A stretch of 64,000 bases of DNA from Candidatus Latescibacterota bacterium. Its GTDB lineage: Bacteria; Latescibacterota; UBA2968; GCA-2709665. The DNA is taken from assembly GCA_965237675.1 (NCBI GenBank), contig OZ250150.1:4064001-4128000 (forward strand). Reading direction: 5' to 3'. A program made the translations under genes and the position numbers. Numbering within the stretch: position 1 is the first letter of the stretch; every line of letters starts with the position of its first letter. The notes beneath the pieces are model-generated. The model did no database searches. It worked only from the letters and a program-made list of their open reading frames with translations, and was not told the origin of the DNA. Positions 29,847 to 39,092 of the stretch are shown here, in pieces.

Positions 29847-30035
29847 TCTTCAGCCCCCGGTCGGGTCGGGCCCGGTCCACTCCGATCTTCCGGACGGGAT
29901 GGCAAGCGGCACCGGGCCGCCAAACTGTGGGCGGAGAGCGACCCCCGACCCACCAGACCGCTTGTTCAGGACGAAAAGAAGGCGATGCCGGGAACGGCCT
30001 CGCCTTGTCCGATTGCGAATCGAAAACCCGGCCCT

Positions 30036-30602
30036 TCACTCCATGGTTTTGGCCGCCTTTATTGGGAATTCCTTTTCAAATTCCTGCCTGTATTTCCTAT
30101 CCCAGCCGTCCAGGTTTTCTCGGAGTGCCGAAACCATTTGCGGCGAAACATGGAGAAGGTCTCTCATTTTCACGGGAAACTTGCTACCGTCAGGATAAAA
30201 ACTCCCGTCTGTAACCAATTCCTGAAGAAAGGGATAACCCGCGACCAGCTCACCAGGCGAAGGTTCCAGAGGTGTGACGCGAGTGTGTACCTTCAACCCT
30301 ATATAGGTCAGGCGGCTGAAGCCCATCCGGAATCGGACATGGGCACCCACCTTGTTCACTCGCACATTGTGGCCCGCATACAATTCGTCCAAACGCGCCG
30401 CCAGCAGTTTCCAGCTTTGCTGAAATTCGTTTATCGGCATGGCTTTTTCACCGGAAAACGCCGCTTCCCGGTCTTTTGCAAGCCTCTTGGCCATGGAAAG
30501 GGATTTGTCATCCAGCTTTTTGGTTTCGGCATCGACGGAAGGTGCCGGACACGCCGACAGACAGATGAAGAAACCGACCGAAGTCGTGAGAACAAAACGC
30601 AC
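30036..30602 (-). CDS. Hypothetical lipoprotein
   Basis: GTG start after GGGGAG; LSAC lipobox; no recognised domain. Confidence 0.5.
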   Translation of the reverse strand: MRFVLTTSVGFFICLSACPAPSVDAETKKLDDKSLSMAKRLAKDREAAFSGEKAMPINEFQQSWKLLAARLDELYAGHNVRVNKVGAHVRFRMGFSRLTYIGLKVHTRVTPLEPSPGELVAGYPFLQELVTDGSFYPDGSKFPVKMRDLLHVSPQMVSALRENLDGWDRKYRQEFEKEFPIKAAKTME

Positions 30603-30829
30603 TATGGTCTCCCCCAGTTTGAATAAACAAACGTGTGACACCCCTTTTTCTGAAAAGGACATACCAAAACATCCGGAAAGACGTGAAGTAAGACAATTCG
30701 GATATAAAACAGAGGGTAAGGAATTCTGAAGGATTGCGCAAGTATTTTCTCGCGCGACCTTAGAACAACCCGCGTTCCGTCTGCTCCGGGATCCGCGGGT
30801 AGGGGGAGGGTACGCGATATGTGCCTGGC

Positions 30830-31009
30830 TCAGCCTGGGGGCGGCTGTTCGATGTCGAGGAGTGTCTCATTTGACGATCCGCCGCAGCCCCCCGCTCCGC
30901 AGGAGGAGCAACCGGACGATCCTGCAAGGAATGGACTGACAAACTTCCAGACAGCCCAAACACCACAGGCAAACGCGACACCGGCTGCCACCACAGATTG
31001 CCAATCCAT
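30830..31009 (-). CDS. FeoB-associated Cys-rich small membrane protein
   Basis: 59 aa, one TM helix then GCSSCGAGGC; starts 1 nt after the feoB stop. Confidence 0.8.
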   Translation of the reverse strand: MDWQSVVAAGVAFACGVWAVWKFVSPFLAGSSGCSSCGAGGCGGSSNETLLDIEQPPPG

Positions 31010-31010
31010 T

Positions 31011-33245
31011 CTAACCACCCCATCCCAGCGCCATCGTGCCCTGATAAGTGGCAAGCGCGCCGACGTAGGCCAAAAGCGTCATATAGCCGAACGTCAGAAA
31101 CGTCCAACCCCAGGACCGCGTTTCACGCCGGATGACGGCCAACGTTGACGCGCACTGCGCGCACAGTGCGAAAAACACCATCACCGAAAGCGCCACGGGG
31201 ACATTGAATACGGGGCGTCCATCCCCCCAGGTTGCGTTTCGAAGCGCGCTGCGCAAATCCTTTGACGATTCGTCCGGGTCGCCTCCAAGGCTGTAGATTG
31301 TACCAAGCGTGGCGACAATAACCTCCCGTGCGGGAAAGGATGCCAGTGTGGCCATACCGATGCGCCAGTCCCAACCCAGAGGCCTGACCGCAGGCTCGAT
31401 CCAATGCCCGGCCCGGCCCAGATAACTCTCGTTCAAGAGTTCGACGGCCATACGGGCGTCCAGATCCACAAGCGCCGCTTTCAGATTTTCGCCTCCAAGT
31501 GATGCCGCAACCGTCTGCCGACGACGTTCGTATTCCGCAACCGTATCGGCCGACCTTGGAAAATAAGCCAATGCCCACATCGTAATGGTTGCAGCCAGAA
31601 TGATACTGCCGGCACGCACCAGGAACGCCCTGGAACTCTGATAAACCCTCAGGCCGACCGTCCGTTTATCCGGGACCTTATACGAAGGGAATTCCAGAAT
31701 GAATGGCGGTGTTTCCCCCCGCAACAGGGTGTTCTTCAAGAGCCACGCCGCGGGAACGGCCACAACCACGCCCACGCAATACATAGCAAAAAGGGTCAAC
31801 CCCTGCAGTCCAACCCATTCGCCCAGAATCGGTTTCGGGGGGATAAATGCGCCTATAAGGATGGTGTAAACCGGTAATCGGGCCGAACAACTCATCAGAG
31901 GCGCCACAAGGATGGTTACCAGCCGGTTCCGGCGATCTTCAATGGTTCGAGTTGCCATGATTCCGGGCACGGCGCACGCAAAGCTGGACAACATCGGGAT
32001 AAAGGACTGGCCGGAAAGACCGCACTTTGTCAAGAGCCTGTCCATCAACAGGGCCGCCCGGGCCATATAACCACAATCTTCCAGGATGGCGATAAAGAAA
32101 AAGAGGACCGCGATCTGGGGTAGGAAAATAACGACACCGCCCACACCCGCGATCACGCCGTCTTGAACCAGACTTTTCAGCGCCCCGTCTGGAAACCAGG
32201 CCCCCACCCATCCGGACAGCGCGGAGAAGCCTCCGTCAACCCAGTCCATAAGCGGGCCGGCCCACGCATAGATGGCCTGAAATACGACGCTCATTATCCC
32301 GACGAACAGGAGCGTGCCCCATATCCTGTGGGTCAGCACCCGGTCGATGCGGTCCGAAGGCGTCTTCTGAAGGTGCTCGGGTTTCGATACGTTTTCCGCA
32401 AGCACCTGCTTGATCCAATTGTAGCGAACCTCCGATTCCAGAGCGGATAGTCCTGAACCCGCCGAAAACCGGCCACGGGCCTCCGCGAGTTTCTCGCGGA
32501 AATTTTCCCCGTGTGTCTCAATCAACCGGCGCTCCGCGTAACCGCCTTCGTCGACAATCGCCCGGAAAGCCTCTGCACGACACGCGGTGGAATTTCTTCC
32601 ATTGTGCGACCCCAACACCACGGCAATGGCATCGACGGCCGCGGGAAATCCGACGGGAAATCCAGGCAGAAGCGACGATGCCGTACTCCGCTCGCGACAC
32701 AGCATGAGCCCCAATTCACGCCTCAGGTCTGCCAGCCCTCGTTTTCGATTCGCGCAGACCCTGACCACCGGTACGCCAAGGCACCTGGACAGCCCCTCAA
32801 CGTCTATGTGTATGCTCCGGGCATCCGCCACATCCGTCATATTCAGCGCGATCACTGCCGGCAGGCCGAGTTCGAGCACCTGTGAGACAAGGTACAGATT
32901 CCGGTAGAGATTGGAGGCGTCCACAATTGCCAGAAAAGCGTCTACGTTGCGTTCGTCCGGCAGCCGTCCGAGCAGTACATCGGCAACGATCATCTCGTCC
33001 GGGGAATGAGCGGCGAGGCTGTAAGTCCCCGGCAGATCGATGAGATCTGCCGATCTGCCGTCGGACAACCTCAGCCGCCCCACTTTTCGCTCGACCGTCA
33101 CACCGGGATAATTTCCGACATGTTGAAAAAGACCGGTAAGACCGTTAAAAAGCGTGGTCTTACCGGTATTGGGATTGCCTACAAGAGCGATGGTATTCCG
33201 TTGATCTACTCCGGTGTGCGGATCATGGGACAACTCCGTGGCCAT
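31011..33245 (-). CDS. feoB: Ferrous iron transport protein B (full length)
   Basis: GNPNTGKT, GNYPGVTVE, DLPG, NMTD, LEDCGYMAR, SFACAVP, SCSARLPVY, QC.ST. Confidence 0.97.
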   Translation of the reverse strand: MATELSHDPHTGVDQRNTIALVGNPNTGKTTLFNGLTGLFQHVGNYPGVTVERKVGRLRLSDGRSADLIDLPGTYSLAAHSPDEMIVADVLLGRLPDERNVDAFLAIVDASNLYRNLYLVSQVLELGLPAVIALNMTDVADARSIHIDVEGLSRCLGVPVVRVCANRKRGLADLRRELGLMLCRERSTASSLLPGFPVGFPAAVDAIAVVLGSHNGRNSTACRAEAFRAIVDEGGYAERRLIETHGENFREKLAEARGRFSAGSGLSALESEVRYNWIKQVLAENVSKPEHLQKTPSDRIDRVLTHRIWGTLLFVGIMSVVFQAIYAWAGPLMDWVDGGFSALSGWVGAWFPDGALKSLVQDGVIAGVGGVVIFLPQIAVLFFFIAILEDCGYMARAALLMDRLLTKCGLSGQSFIPMLSSFACAVPGIMATRTIEDRRNRLVTILVAPLMSCSARLPVYTILIGAFIPPKPILGEWVGLQGLTLFAMYCVGVVVAVPAAWLLKNTLLRGETPPFILEFPSYKVPDKRTVGLRVYQSSRAFLVRAGSIILAATITMWALAYFPRSADTVAEYERRRQTVAASLGGENLKAALVDLDARMAVELLNESYLGRAGHWIEPAVRPLGWDWRIGMATLASFPAREVIVATLGTIYSLGGDPDESSKDLRSALRNATWGDGRPVFNVPVALSVMVFFALCAQCASTLAVIRRETRSWGWTFLTFGYMTLLAYVGALATYQGTMALGWGG

Positions 33246-33256
33246 TGCCTCAAACC

Positions 33257-33559
33257 TCAGGATATGGGACTCAGCCTCACGGCAACCGCATCGCGCATAC
33301 GCAAACAGAACCGGGCGTCTTCTATCTGAACGACCAGCCGGCCGCCTCCACGGAGCATTCGAACCCGTACTCCCGGACAAACACCCAGTTCCCGCAACCG
33401 GGAGGCCAGAGGCGAATTCCCCTCAACCGATTCGACCATGCCTTCGTCGCCCTCATTCAGTCCGGCAAGTGAGCCCCGGAACAAGCTCTGTGACGGAATT
33501 CTCCGACCGGGCCAGAGCCAAATCCGGCGAGCGGCCAGTTGCATCAGACGCGCCACCAT
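33257..33559 (-). CDS. feoA: Ferrous iron transport protein A
   Basis: SRLRELGVCPGVRVRMLR FeoA motif; directly upstream of feoB. Confidence 0.88.
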   Translation of the reverse strand: MVARLMQLAARRIWLWPGRRIPSQSLFRGSLAGLNEGDEGMVESVEGNSPLASRLRELGVCPGVRVRMLRGGGRLVVQIEDARFCLRMRDAVAVRLSPIS

Positions 33560-33589
33560 TGCATCATTCCTTATTCTTGGTTTGTTAGA

Positions 33590-34120
33590 TCAACTCTCCG
33601 TTCCGACTCTGAGGAGACATTCGTCTTCGCAGATCGGACAATCGGCCAGGTCGTAACAGAAATCGCTGGTCTGCCAGAACGCACTCAGAAACTCGCGTGC
33701 CTCCGGCGTATCCGCGAGCAGAAATCTCACGAAATTCAGCAATTTCTCGCCGGTTTCCTGGCTCAACAGGTGTTCCACCTTGCACGCGTCCACTTCCGCC
33801 TGATGGCCTTCCACGTGCAGCACGTCCTTCAGAAACTTAAGTACAATGGCCCGTTTGGCGAGCACCAGATCGACCAGTCGCTCCCCTCGGTCGGAAAGCC
33901 GCAGGAATTTGTTCCGATCTTCCAGAACGAACTGTTTCTGTCGGAGCGCCTTCAACGTTAGCGACGCGCTGCCTCGCGTAATGTCCAGATATCTTGCAAC
34001 ATCCGACACCCGTGCGTACCCGTGCTGGTCTTTCAGCTCTCTGATTGCGGCAAGGTGATGAGCCACGCTATGCGTGATTTCATTCTCTTCGAATGCTTTC
34101 CAAACGTCGGATGATGCCAC
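33590..34120 (-). CDS. DtxR/MntR family regulator with Cys-rich C-terminal tail
   Basis: ARVSDVARYLDITRGSAS wHTH, DACKVEH, tail CYDLADCPICEDEC. Confidence 0.88.
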   Translation of the reverse strand: MASSDVWKAFEENEITHSVAHHLAAIRELKDQHGYARVSDVARYLDITRGSASLTLKALRQKQFVLEDRNKFLRLSDRGERLVDLVLAKRAIVLKFLKDVLHVEGHQAEVDACKVEHLLSQETGEKLLNFVRFLLADTPEAREFLSAFWQTSDFCYDLADCPICEDECLLRVGTES

Positions 34121-34161
34121 GTGGCCCTCCTTTCCGCTGACAAGGCGCCTGACCCCGTCAA

Positions 34162-34219
34162 ATGTTTTACTAATAAAACATACGTTATGAATCTAAACGA
34201 TATATGCCGGCCCTGTCAA
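34162..34219 (-). promoter_or_regulatory. Promoter and palindromic operator of the second feo operon
   Basis: TTGACA-18-TAGATT on minus strand; perfect 8-4-8 inverted repeat ATGTTTTA-CTAA-TAAAACAT at 34162-34181. Confidence 0.7.
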
Positions 34220-34345
34220 GGGAAAATTGTCACGTACGCCGGTTTATTGGCGACGGGCTTGACTTTTCCTCACTAATTTTGTATACCTCACGGACGCGCC
34301 ACCGTACCTCGCGATTCACCGAGGAACTTCCCATGGAGACCGTCA

Positions 34346-37048
34346 ATGTCGGAAATACTTGCATTCAAGGAAGTTGCGAGGCTCCCCCGACCGGGAGACA
34401 ACGTGGCCATCGCTTCCCGTAGACTGGATGCCGGCACCAGTATCCGATGGCGTGGTGCGGTTCTTCGGCTGGATACATCCATTCTGGAAGGCCATCGTTT
34501 TGCCGTGGACCCCATCCCCGCTGGCGAGGCCCTTCTGTCCTGGAATCTTCCCTTCGGCATTGCACTGGAGGACATTTCGGCCGGGAACTATGTCTGTAAC
34601 GCGGGCATGCTCGAAGCCCTGCGCATCCGCTCCCTTGATTTTCAACTTCCCACCGAACCCAATTTCGAAGACCGCATCGAATCCTACCGGCTGGATGAGA
34701 GCACATTCAAACCGGGCGAGCAGGTTCCCGCCGCCGGGGAGATGCGCACCTTTGAAGGATACGTCCGCGGCCCCGGGCGTGGGGTGGGAACGCGCAATTA
34801 CGTCGTTATCCTAGGGACAACCTCCCGGACGGGCAGCTTTGCAAAGCGGTTGGAGAAACGGTTGGGGGGCGTTGCCGATGCCTATCCGAATATCGACGGC
34901 ATTGTGGCCGTTACACACACCGAAGGCGGCGGGCGAACAACACCAAACAACCTGGACCTCCTGCTGAGAACCCTTGCCGGCTTTATGGTACATCCAAATG
35001 TCGGTGCAGCCCTTGCCGTCGACTACGGCACGGAACCGCTCACCAATGCCATGCTCAGCACCTACATGGCAGAGAACAACGCCGCTCTATCGGACCTCCC
35101 CCACCGCTTCTTTACCATGGGGGGCAGTTTTGACGAGAATCTCGATCGAGCCGAGACCATCGTGAAGGGCTGGATGGAGGGGGTGAATCGCCCGCGCCGA
35201 AAAACGACCCCGGCCGCATCCCTGAAAATTGCGCTGCAATGCGGCGGTTCTGACGCTTTCTCGGGCGTATCGGGAAACCCGCTCGCATCCTGGGTCGCCT
35301 GCGAAGTCATCCGGCACGGCGGGGCCGCAAACCTCGCGGAAACGGACGAACTGATCGGCGCGGAATCCTACGTGTTACAGAATGTCAGGGATCTGGACAC
35401 GGCCCGCCGTTTTCTGGAACGCGTGGAAGCCTACAAGAACCTTGCGGCGTGTCACGGTTCGAGCGCCGAAGGAAACCCCTCAGGGGGCAATAAACTCCGT
35501 GGGATCTACAACATCGTACTCAAGTCCATCGGCGCTGCCATGAAACGGCACCCTGAAGTCCGCCTTGACGGGGTTCTGGACTACGGCCAACCGATGCACG
35601 AGCCCGGATATTATTTCATGGACAGTCCTGGTAACGACCTTGAAAGCATTGCGGGACAGGTCGCGTCGGGATGCAATATGATCTTGTTTGTGACTGGCAA
35701 TGGTTCGATCACCAATTTCCCATTTGTACCCACGATCAAAATCATCACCACCACCAGCCGGTACGAACTCCTCTCCAATGAAATGGACGTAAACGCCGGC
35801 GCCTATCTGGACGGGACTCCACTGGACGCGCTGGGGATGCGGATGACGGACCTCACGCTGGGTGTGGCTTCCGGCATACGGAGCAAAGGTGAACGTGCCG
35901 GCCACGCCCAGGTCTCCATCTGGCGCAACTGGCAGCAGACGGATACCGCAAACCTGGCGCATCTGCGGTCGCTGCCCCAACCCGAGGGCAGGCCCATCAC
36001 CATCGAGCTCGAAGAAGCACGTCCCTCGGCCACATTCAGGGCGGTCGTCACGGAGAGAGGTATCGCCACGGATCAGGTGGGCCTGATTCTACCCACCAGC
36101 CTGTGTGCCGGCCAAATCGCAAAGATGGCTGCAAACCGACTGGAGCAAAAGCAGATCGGAAAGACGCAGGGCATCTCCCGCTACGTCGCGCTCGTACATA
36201 CGGAAGGCTGCGGCGTCGCGGGCGACGCGACGGAACGGATGTATTCCAGGACGATGCTGGGCTATCTCACCCATCCCGTGGTGAAATATGCCCTGTTGCT
36301 TGAGCACGGATGCGAGAAAACCCACAACGACTATCTTCGCCACGAACTCGAGAGCGCGGGCATCGACCCCGCACGCTTTGGCTGGTCAAGTATCCAACTC
36401 GACGGCGGACTTGAATGTGCGCTCGGGAACGTGGAAGCGTGGTTCACGGCTCAACTGGAACACGATCGCCGGCCTTCTTACGAGCAATCCGATCTGGCAG
36501 CGCTTTCCGTTGGACTGCTGACGGCCGGCCCGGTGAGCAACAACGCCTCGGAAACGCTGGCAAACCTATTGCGCCGGCTGGTACGTATGGGCGCAACGGT
36601 TGTGACACCGGACAACTCGACGCTACTCTCCTCGGCCCCCTTTGCGAATACCGTTCTGACGAACTCGTCCGCGGATCCGTCGCTGGCCTATGGCCAGGCC
36701 GCCTCGATACCCGGGTTCTACATCATGGAAACGCAGACGGACCACTGGGTTGAAACCCTTACCGGCCTGGGCGGAACGGGCGTTGAGATCCTGATCGCTC
36801 ACGTTGCCGAACACCCCATGCAGGGGCACCCGATGTTGCCTATGCTTCAGACCAGCGTGGATCCATCCATGTGCGCGCTTTACACAAGCGACCTGGACCT
36901 TCCGCTAACCGATGCAGCGGACGCCAATGCCGGGCGGATTATCGGCCTGCTGACGGAAACCGCCTCCCGAAACTATCGTCCGGCGGCGATGCGGCAGGAA
37001 AATACGGATTTTCAGTTTACCCGGGGGCTGCTCGGCGTATCAATGTGA
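34346..37048 (+). CDS. UxaA/GarD family sugar-acid dehydratase, internally duplicated (900 aa)
   Basis: SAF domain (DNVAIA..GHRFA), GVGTRNY, QCGGSDAFSG, NPSGGNK..G, MDSPGND; second partial copy from about aa 570. Confidence 0.88.
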   Translation: MSEILAFKEVARLPRPGDNVAIASRRLDAGTSIRWRGAVLRLDTSILEGHRFAVDPIPAGEALLSWNLPFGIALEDISAGNYVCNAGMLEALRIRSLDFQLPTEPNFEDRIESYRLDESTFKPGEQVPAAGEMRTFEGYVRGPGRGVGTRNYVVILGTTSRTGSFAKRLEKRLGGVADAYPNIDGIVAVTHTEGGGRTTPNNLDLLLRTLAGFMVHPNVGAALAVDYGTEPLTNAMLSTYMAENNAALSDLPHRFFTMGGSFDENLDRAETIVKGWMEGVNRPRRKTTPAASLKIALQCGGSDAFSGVSGNPLASWVACEVIRHGGAANLAETDELIGAESYVLQNVRDLDTARRFLERVEAYKNLAACHGSSAEGNPSGGNKLRGIYNIVLKSIGAAMKRHPEVRLDGVLDYGQPMHEPGYYFMDSPGNDLESIAGQVASGCNMILFVTGNGSITNFPFVPTIKIITTTSRYELLSNEMDVNAGAYLDGTPLDALGMRMTDLTLGVASGIRSKGERAGHAQVSIWRNWQQTDTANLAHLRSLPQPEGRPITIELEEARPSATFRAVVTERGIATDQVGLILPTSLCAGQIAKMAANRLEQKQIGKTQGISRYVALVHTEGCGVAGDATERMYSRTMLGYLTHPVVKYALLLEHGCEKTHNDYLRHELESAGIDPARFGWSSIQLDGGLECALGNVEAWFTAQLEHDRRPSYEQSDLAALSVGLLTAGPVSNNASETLANLLRRLVRMGATVVTPDNSTLLSSAPFANTVLTNSSADPSLAYGQAASIPGFYIMETQTDHWVETLTGLGGTGVEILIAHVAEHPMQGHPMLPMLQTSVDPSMCALYTSDLDLPLTDAADANAGRIIGLLTETASRNYRPAAMRQENTDFQFTRGLLGVSM

Positions 37049-37057
37049 CACGAAAAA

Positions 37058-37096
37058 AGAAGCGGGTAGCGTGTTCCGCAACATTCGCCCGCTTCT
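37058..37096. terminator. Probable bidirectional intrinsic terminator
   Basis: AGAAGCGGG..CCCGCTTCT stem with A-run before and T-rich run after, between convergent genes. Confidence 0.65.
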
Positions 37097-37123
37097 CTTG
37101 TCTTTATCTTTTTTTGCGCCGGT

Positions 37124-37414
37124 CTATTCTTTTTTGTCAATCCAGGCCTGCAGCGCCAACGCGACTTTTCTTCCCTGATCCAGACTCGAAATATTGAATT
37201 TACTGCGAGGTATATACGTACCGTCTCGTTTCTGATATCGGCGAATCGTCACTTTCGCCGGTCCATATTCCCCGGATTGCCGATTCAGGTCCTGGTACAA
37301 GAACATAACCGTTGCCCACGCGCCTCGCGAAAGCACGTGTTTATCCAGTTCTTTGCAGAACAGAACGCCGTCTTCTTCGTAGTTCACGCTCAATTCGTCC
37401 ACGGATTCCGCCAT
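37124..37414 (-). CDS. Small hypothetical protein (96 aa)
   Basis: Strong AAGGAGG RBS; globular composition. Confidence 0.8.
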   Translation of the reverse strand: MAESVDELSVNYEEDGVLFCKELDKHVLSRGAWATVMFLYQDLNRQSGEYGPAKVTIRRYQKRDGTYIPRSKFNISSLDQGRKVALALQAWIDKKE

Positions 37415-37712
37415 CGACTCGCCTCCTTACCGTTCTACTGATCGTGATTTCGCCCACGTCGGCGAAACTGAAACGTTGACCGAAATTCACTGCACCGCAG
37501 CTTTTCTCAAGCCCGGTGAACGGCCTGCCGCAGCCAGCCCCTCCAGATCCGCCACCTGGACCCTGAGACGTGCTCAGACCTGTCGAAGGGTGTCGAAGAG
37601 TTGCGGAAGCACGGCCTGAACCGGATGGCTATTCGGCGCCGGTTTGTCACAGTCCACGCGCCGACATAAACCCTACAGGTGGTTCGCCCATACGAATCAG
37701 AGGGCAAATCTC

Positions 37713-38576
37713 ATGAGACTCGGCATCATCGGTATGTTGCCCGGCGACCTTCGAACTTTCTCGGACAGACACTTCGAGGCCATTCTGGAACAGGGATTTA
37801 CGGGCGTCGGCTTTCACCTGCCCGGCGACATCGTTAACGCCATAACCGCGGAAGACACGGTAACGTGCAAACAGCTGTTTACAAGCCACCAAATCGATCT
37901 CGCACAATTTGCCATCACGTACGGCGACTGCCTCTTCGACCCGGATCCGGACAACCGTTCTGAAGCCGTCTCAAAGGTGGTCGGGGGCGCAAACCTTGCC
38001 GCGCGCCTCGGGGCCCTAACCTACCTGATAAGGCCGGGCAGCCGCAACCCCGCCGGTCCCTGGACACCGCATCGTGACAACCATACGCCGGAAGCGCTTG
38101 CGCTGCTTGTCCGTACCCTGAAGGAAATCGCCTGCCGCACCGCGACGCTGGACGTGGCTACGATCGTGGAAACCCACGTCATTTCAATACTCAACACTCC
38201 GGCAGTCTGTCGCCGGCTCGTGGAATCGGTACGCAGCGCGAACGTGAGGCTGGTGATGGACTATGTCAACCACTTCGAATCCATCGACCAAGTCTACTCG
38301 GACACCGAGCGCCTGAAGCACATCTACGGAACCATCGGCCCGCTTGCACCCGTCTGTCACGTTAAAGACATCGCCGTAGGCAACCGTCTGGTGGTTCATC
38401 TCGACGAAGCCGTTCCCGGCCAGGGCGAACTGAACCTGGCACTCGCCCTGGGGCTATTTCATGCTCATCATCCGGACGGTTATGCGCTTATCGAACACCT
38501 TGGCCCGGATCAGATTCCACTCGCCGCCGCAAACGTCCGGAATATCTCGAAGCGTGCAGGCATTCCCATTTACTGA
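37713..38576 (+). CDS. Sugar phosphate isomerase/epimerase (AP endonuclease 2 TIM barrel)
   Basis: E..H, D..N, HVKD, PGQG, IEH metal motifs. Confidence 0.85.
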   Translation: MRLGIIGMLPGDLRTFSDRHFEAILEQGFTGVGFHLPGDIVNAITAEDTVTCKQLFTSHQIDLAQFAITYGDCLFDPDPDNRSEAVSKVVGGANLAARLGALTYLIRPGSRNPAGPWTPHRDNHTPEALALLVRTLKEIACRTATLDVATIVETHVISILNTPAVCRRLVESVRSANVRLVMDYVNHFESIDQVYSDTERLKHIYGTIGPLAPVCHVKDIAVGNRLVVHLDEAVPGQGELNLALALGLFHAHHPDGYALIEHLGPDQIPLAAANVRNISKRAGIPIY

Positions 38577-38661
38577 GCCCAGGCGCGATTGGAAGCGGAC
38601 AGCGTTTGCATGGGTGCCACCCATCGGCATCCGGATCACCCGCGCCGGAAAAACGCCGGCT

Positions 38662-38874
38662 TCAACCCTTCTGTCTGGACTTCGCCCTTCGGATGCAGGC
38701 GCCCACGGCAAGCCCGAGACTGGCGCCGATCGATACGCCGGCACTCAACCACAGGCCGAAGTCACCGCTACCTGCGCCCATCGCTGAGCCCACACCGGCG
38801 CCGACGCCCGACCCGATGGCCATCCATTTTCCAACCTGTCGTTGTCCGTTCCCGTCATCCGGTACGTCGGGCAT
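38662..38874 (-). CDS. Small glycine-zipper membrane protein
   Basis: GSGVGAGVGSAMG..GVSIGASLGLAVG helices; GAAAGG RBS. Confidence 0.55.
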   Translation of the reverse strand: MPDVPDDGNGQRQVGKWMAIGSGVGAGVGSAMGAGSGDFGLWLSAGVSIGASLGLAVGACIRRAKSRQKG

Positions 38875-39012
38875 GGCATACCTTTCGCGAATCAGCACCT
38901 GCTGTTTCCGACGCTCGAAATATACCGGCCCGAGTCGAACCGGACAAGCTTAAAGCACCTCCGAAGCCGAAATTACTGTTCCATCCCGGAAATATGTTAC
39001 CATTCATCCCTG

Positions 39013-39092
39013 TCTGCGTGCGTGAGGCTGCACGCACAGGCAGGCGCCGATTCATCCCGCCTCGCTGCGTTGTTTACACTGAGCCTGTCGAA
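39013..39092. repeat. Dispersed REP-like composite repeat, copy 2 (inverted)
   Basis: Reverse complement of 16248-16305 (56/58) plus TGAGCCTGTCGAA. Confidence 0.9.

Noticed and set aside
29858-29960. Imperfect inverted repeat (GGTCGGGTCGGG / CCCGACCC..GACCG) after the LLM gene
   Set aside because: Short and GC-rich with no second copy in the window; cannot be told from chance or a degenerate REP
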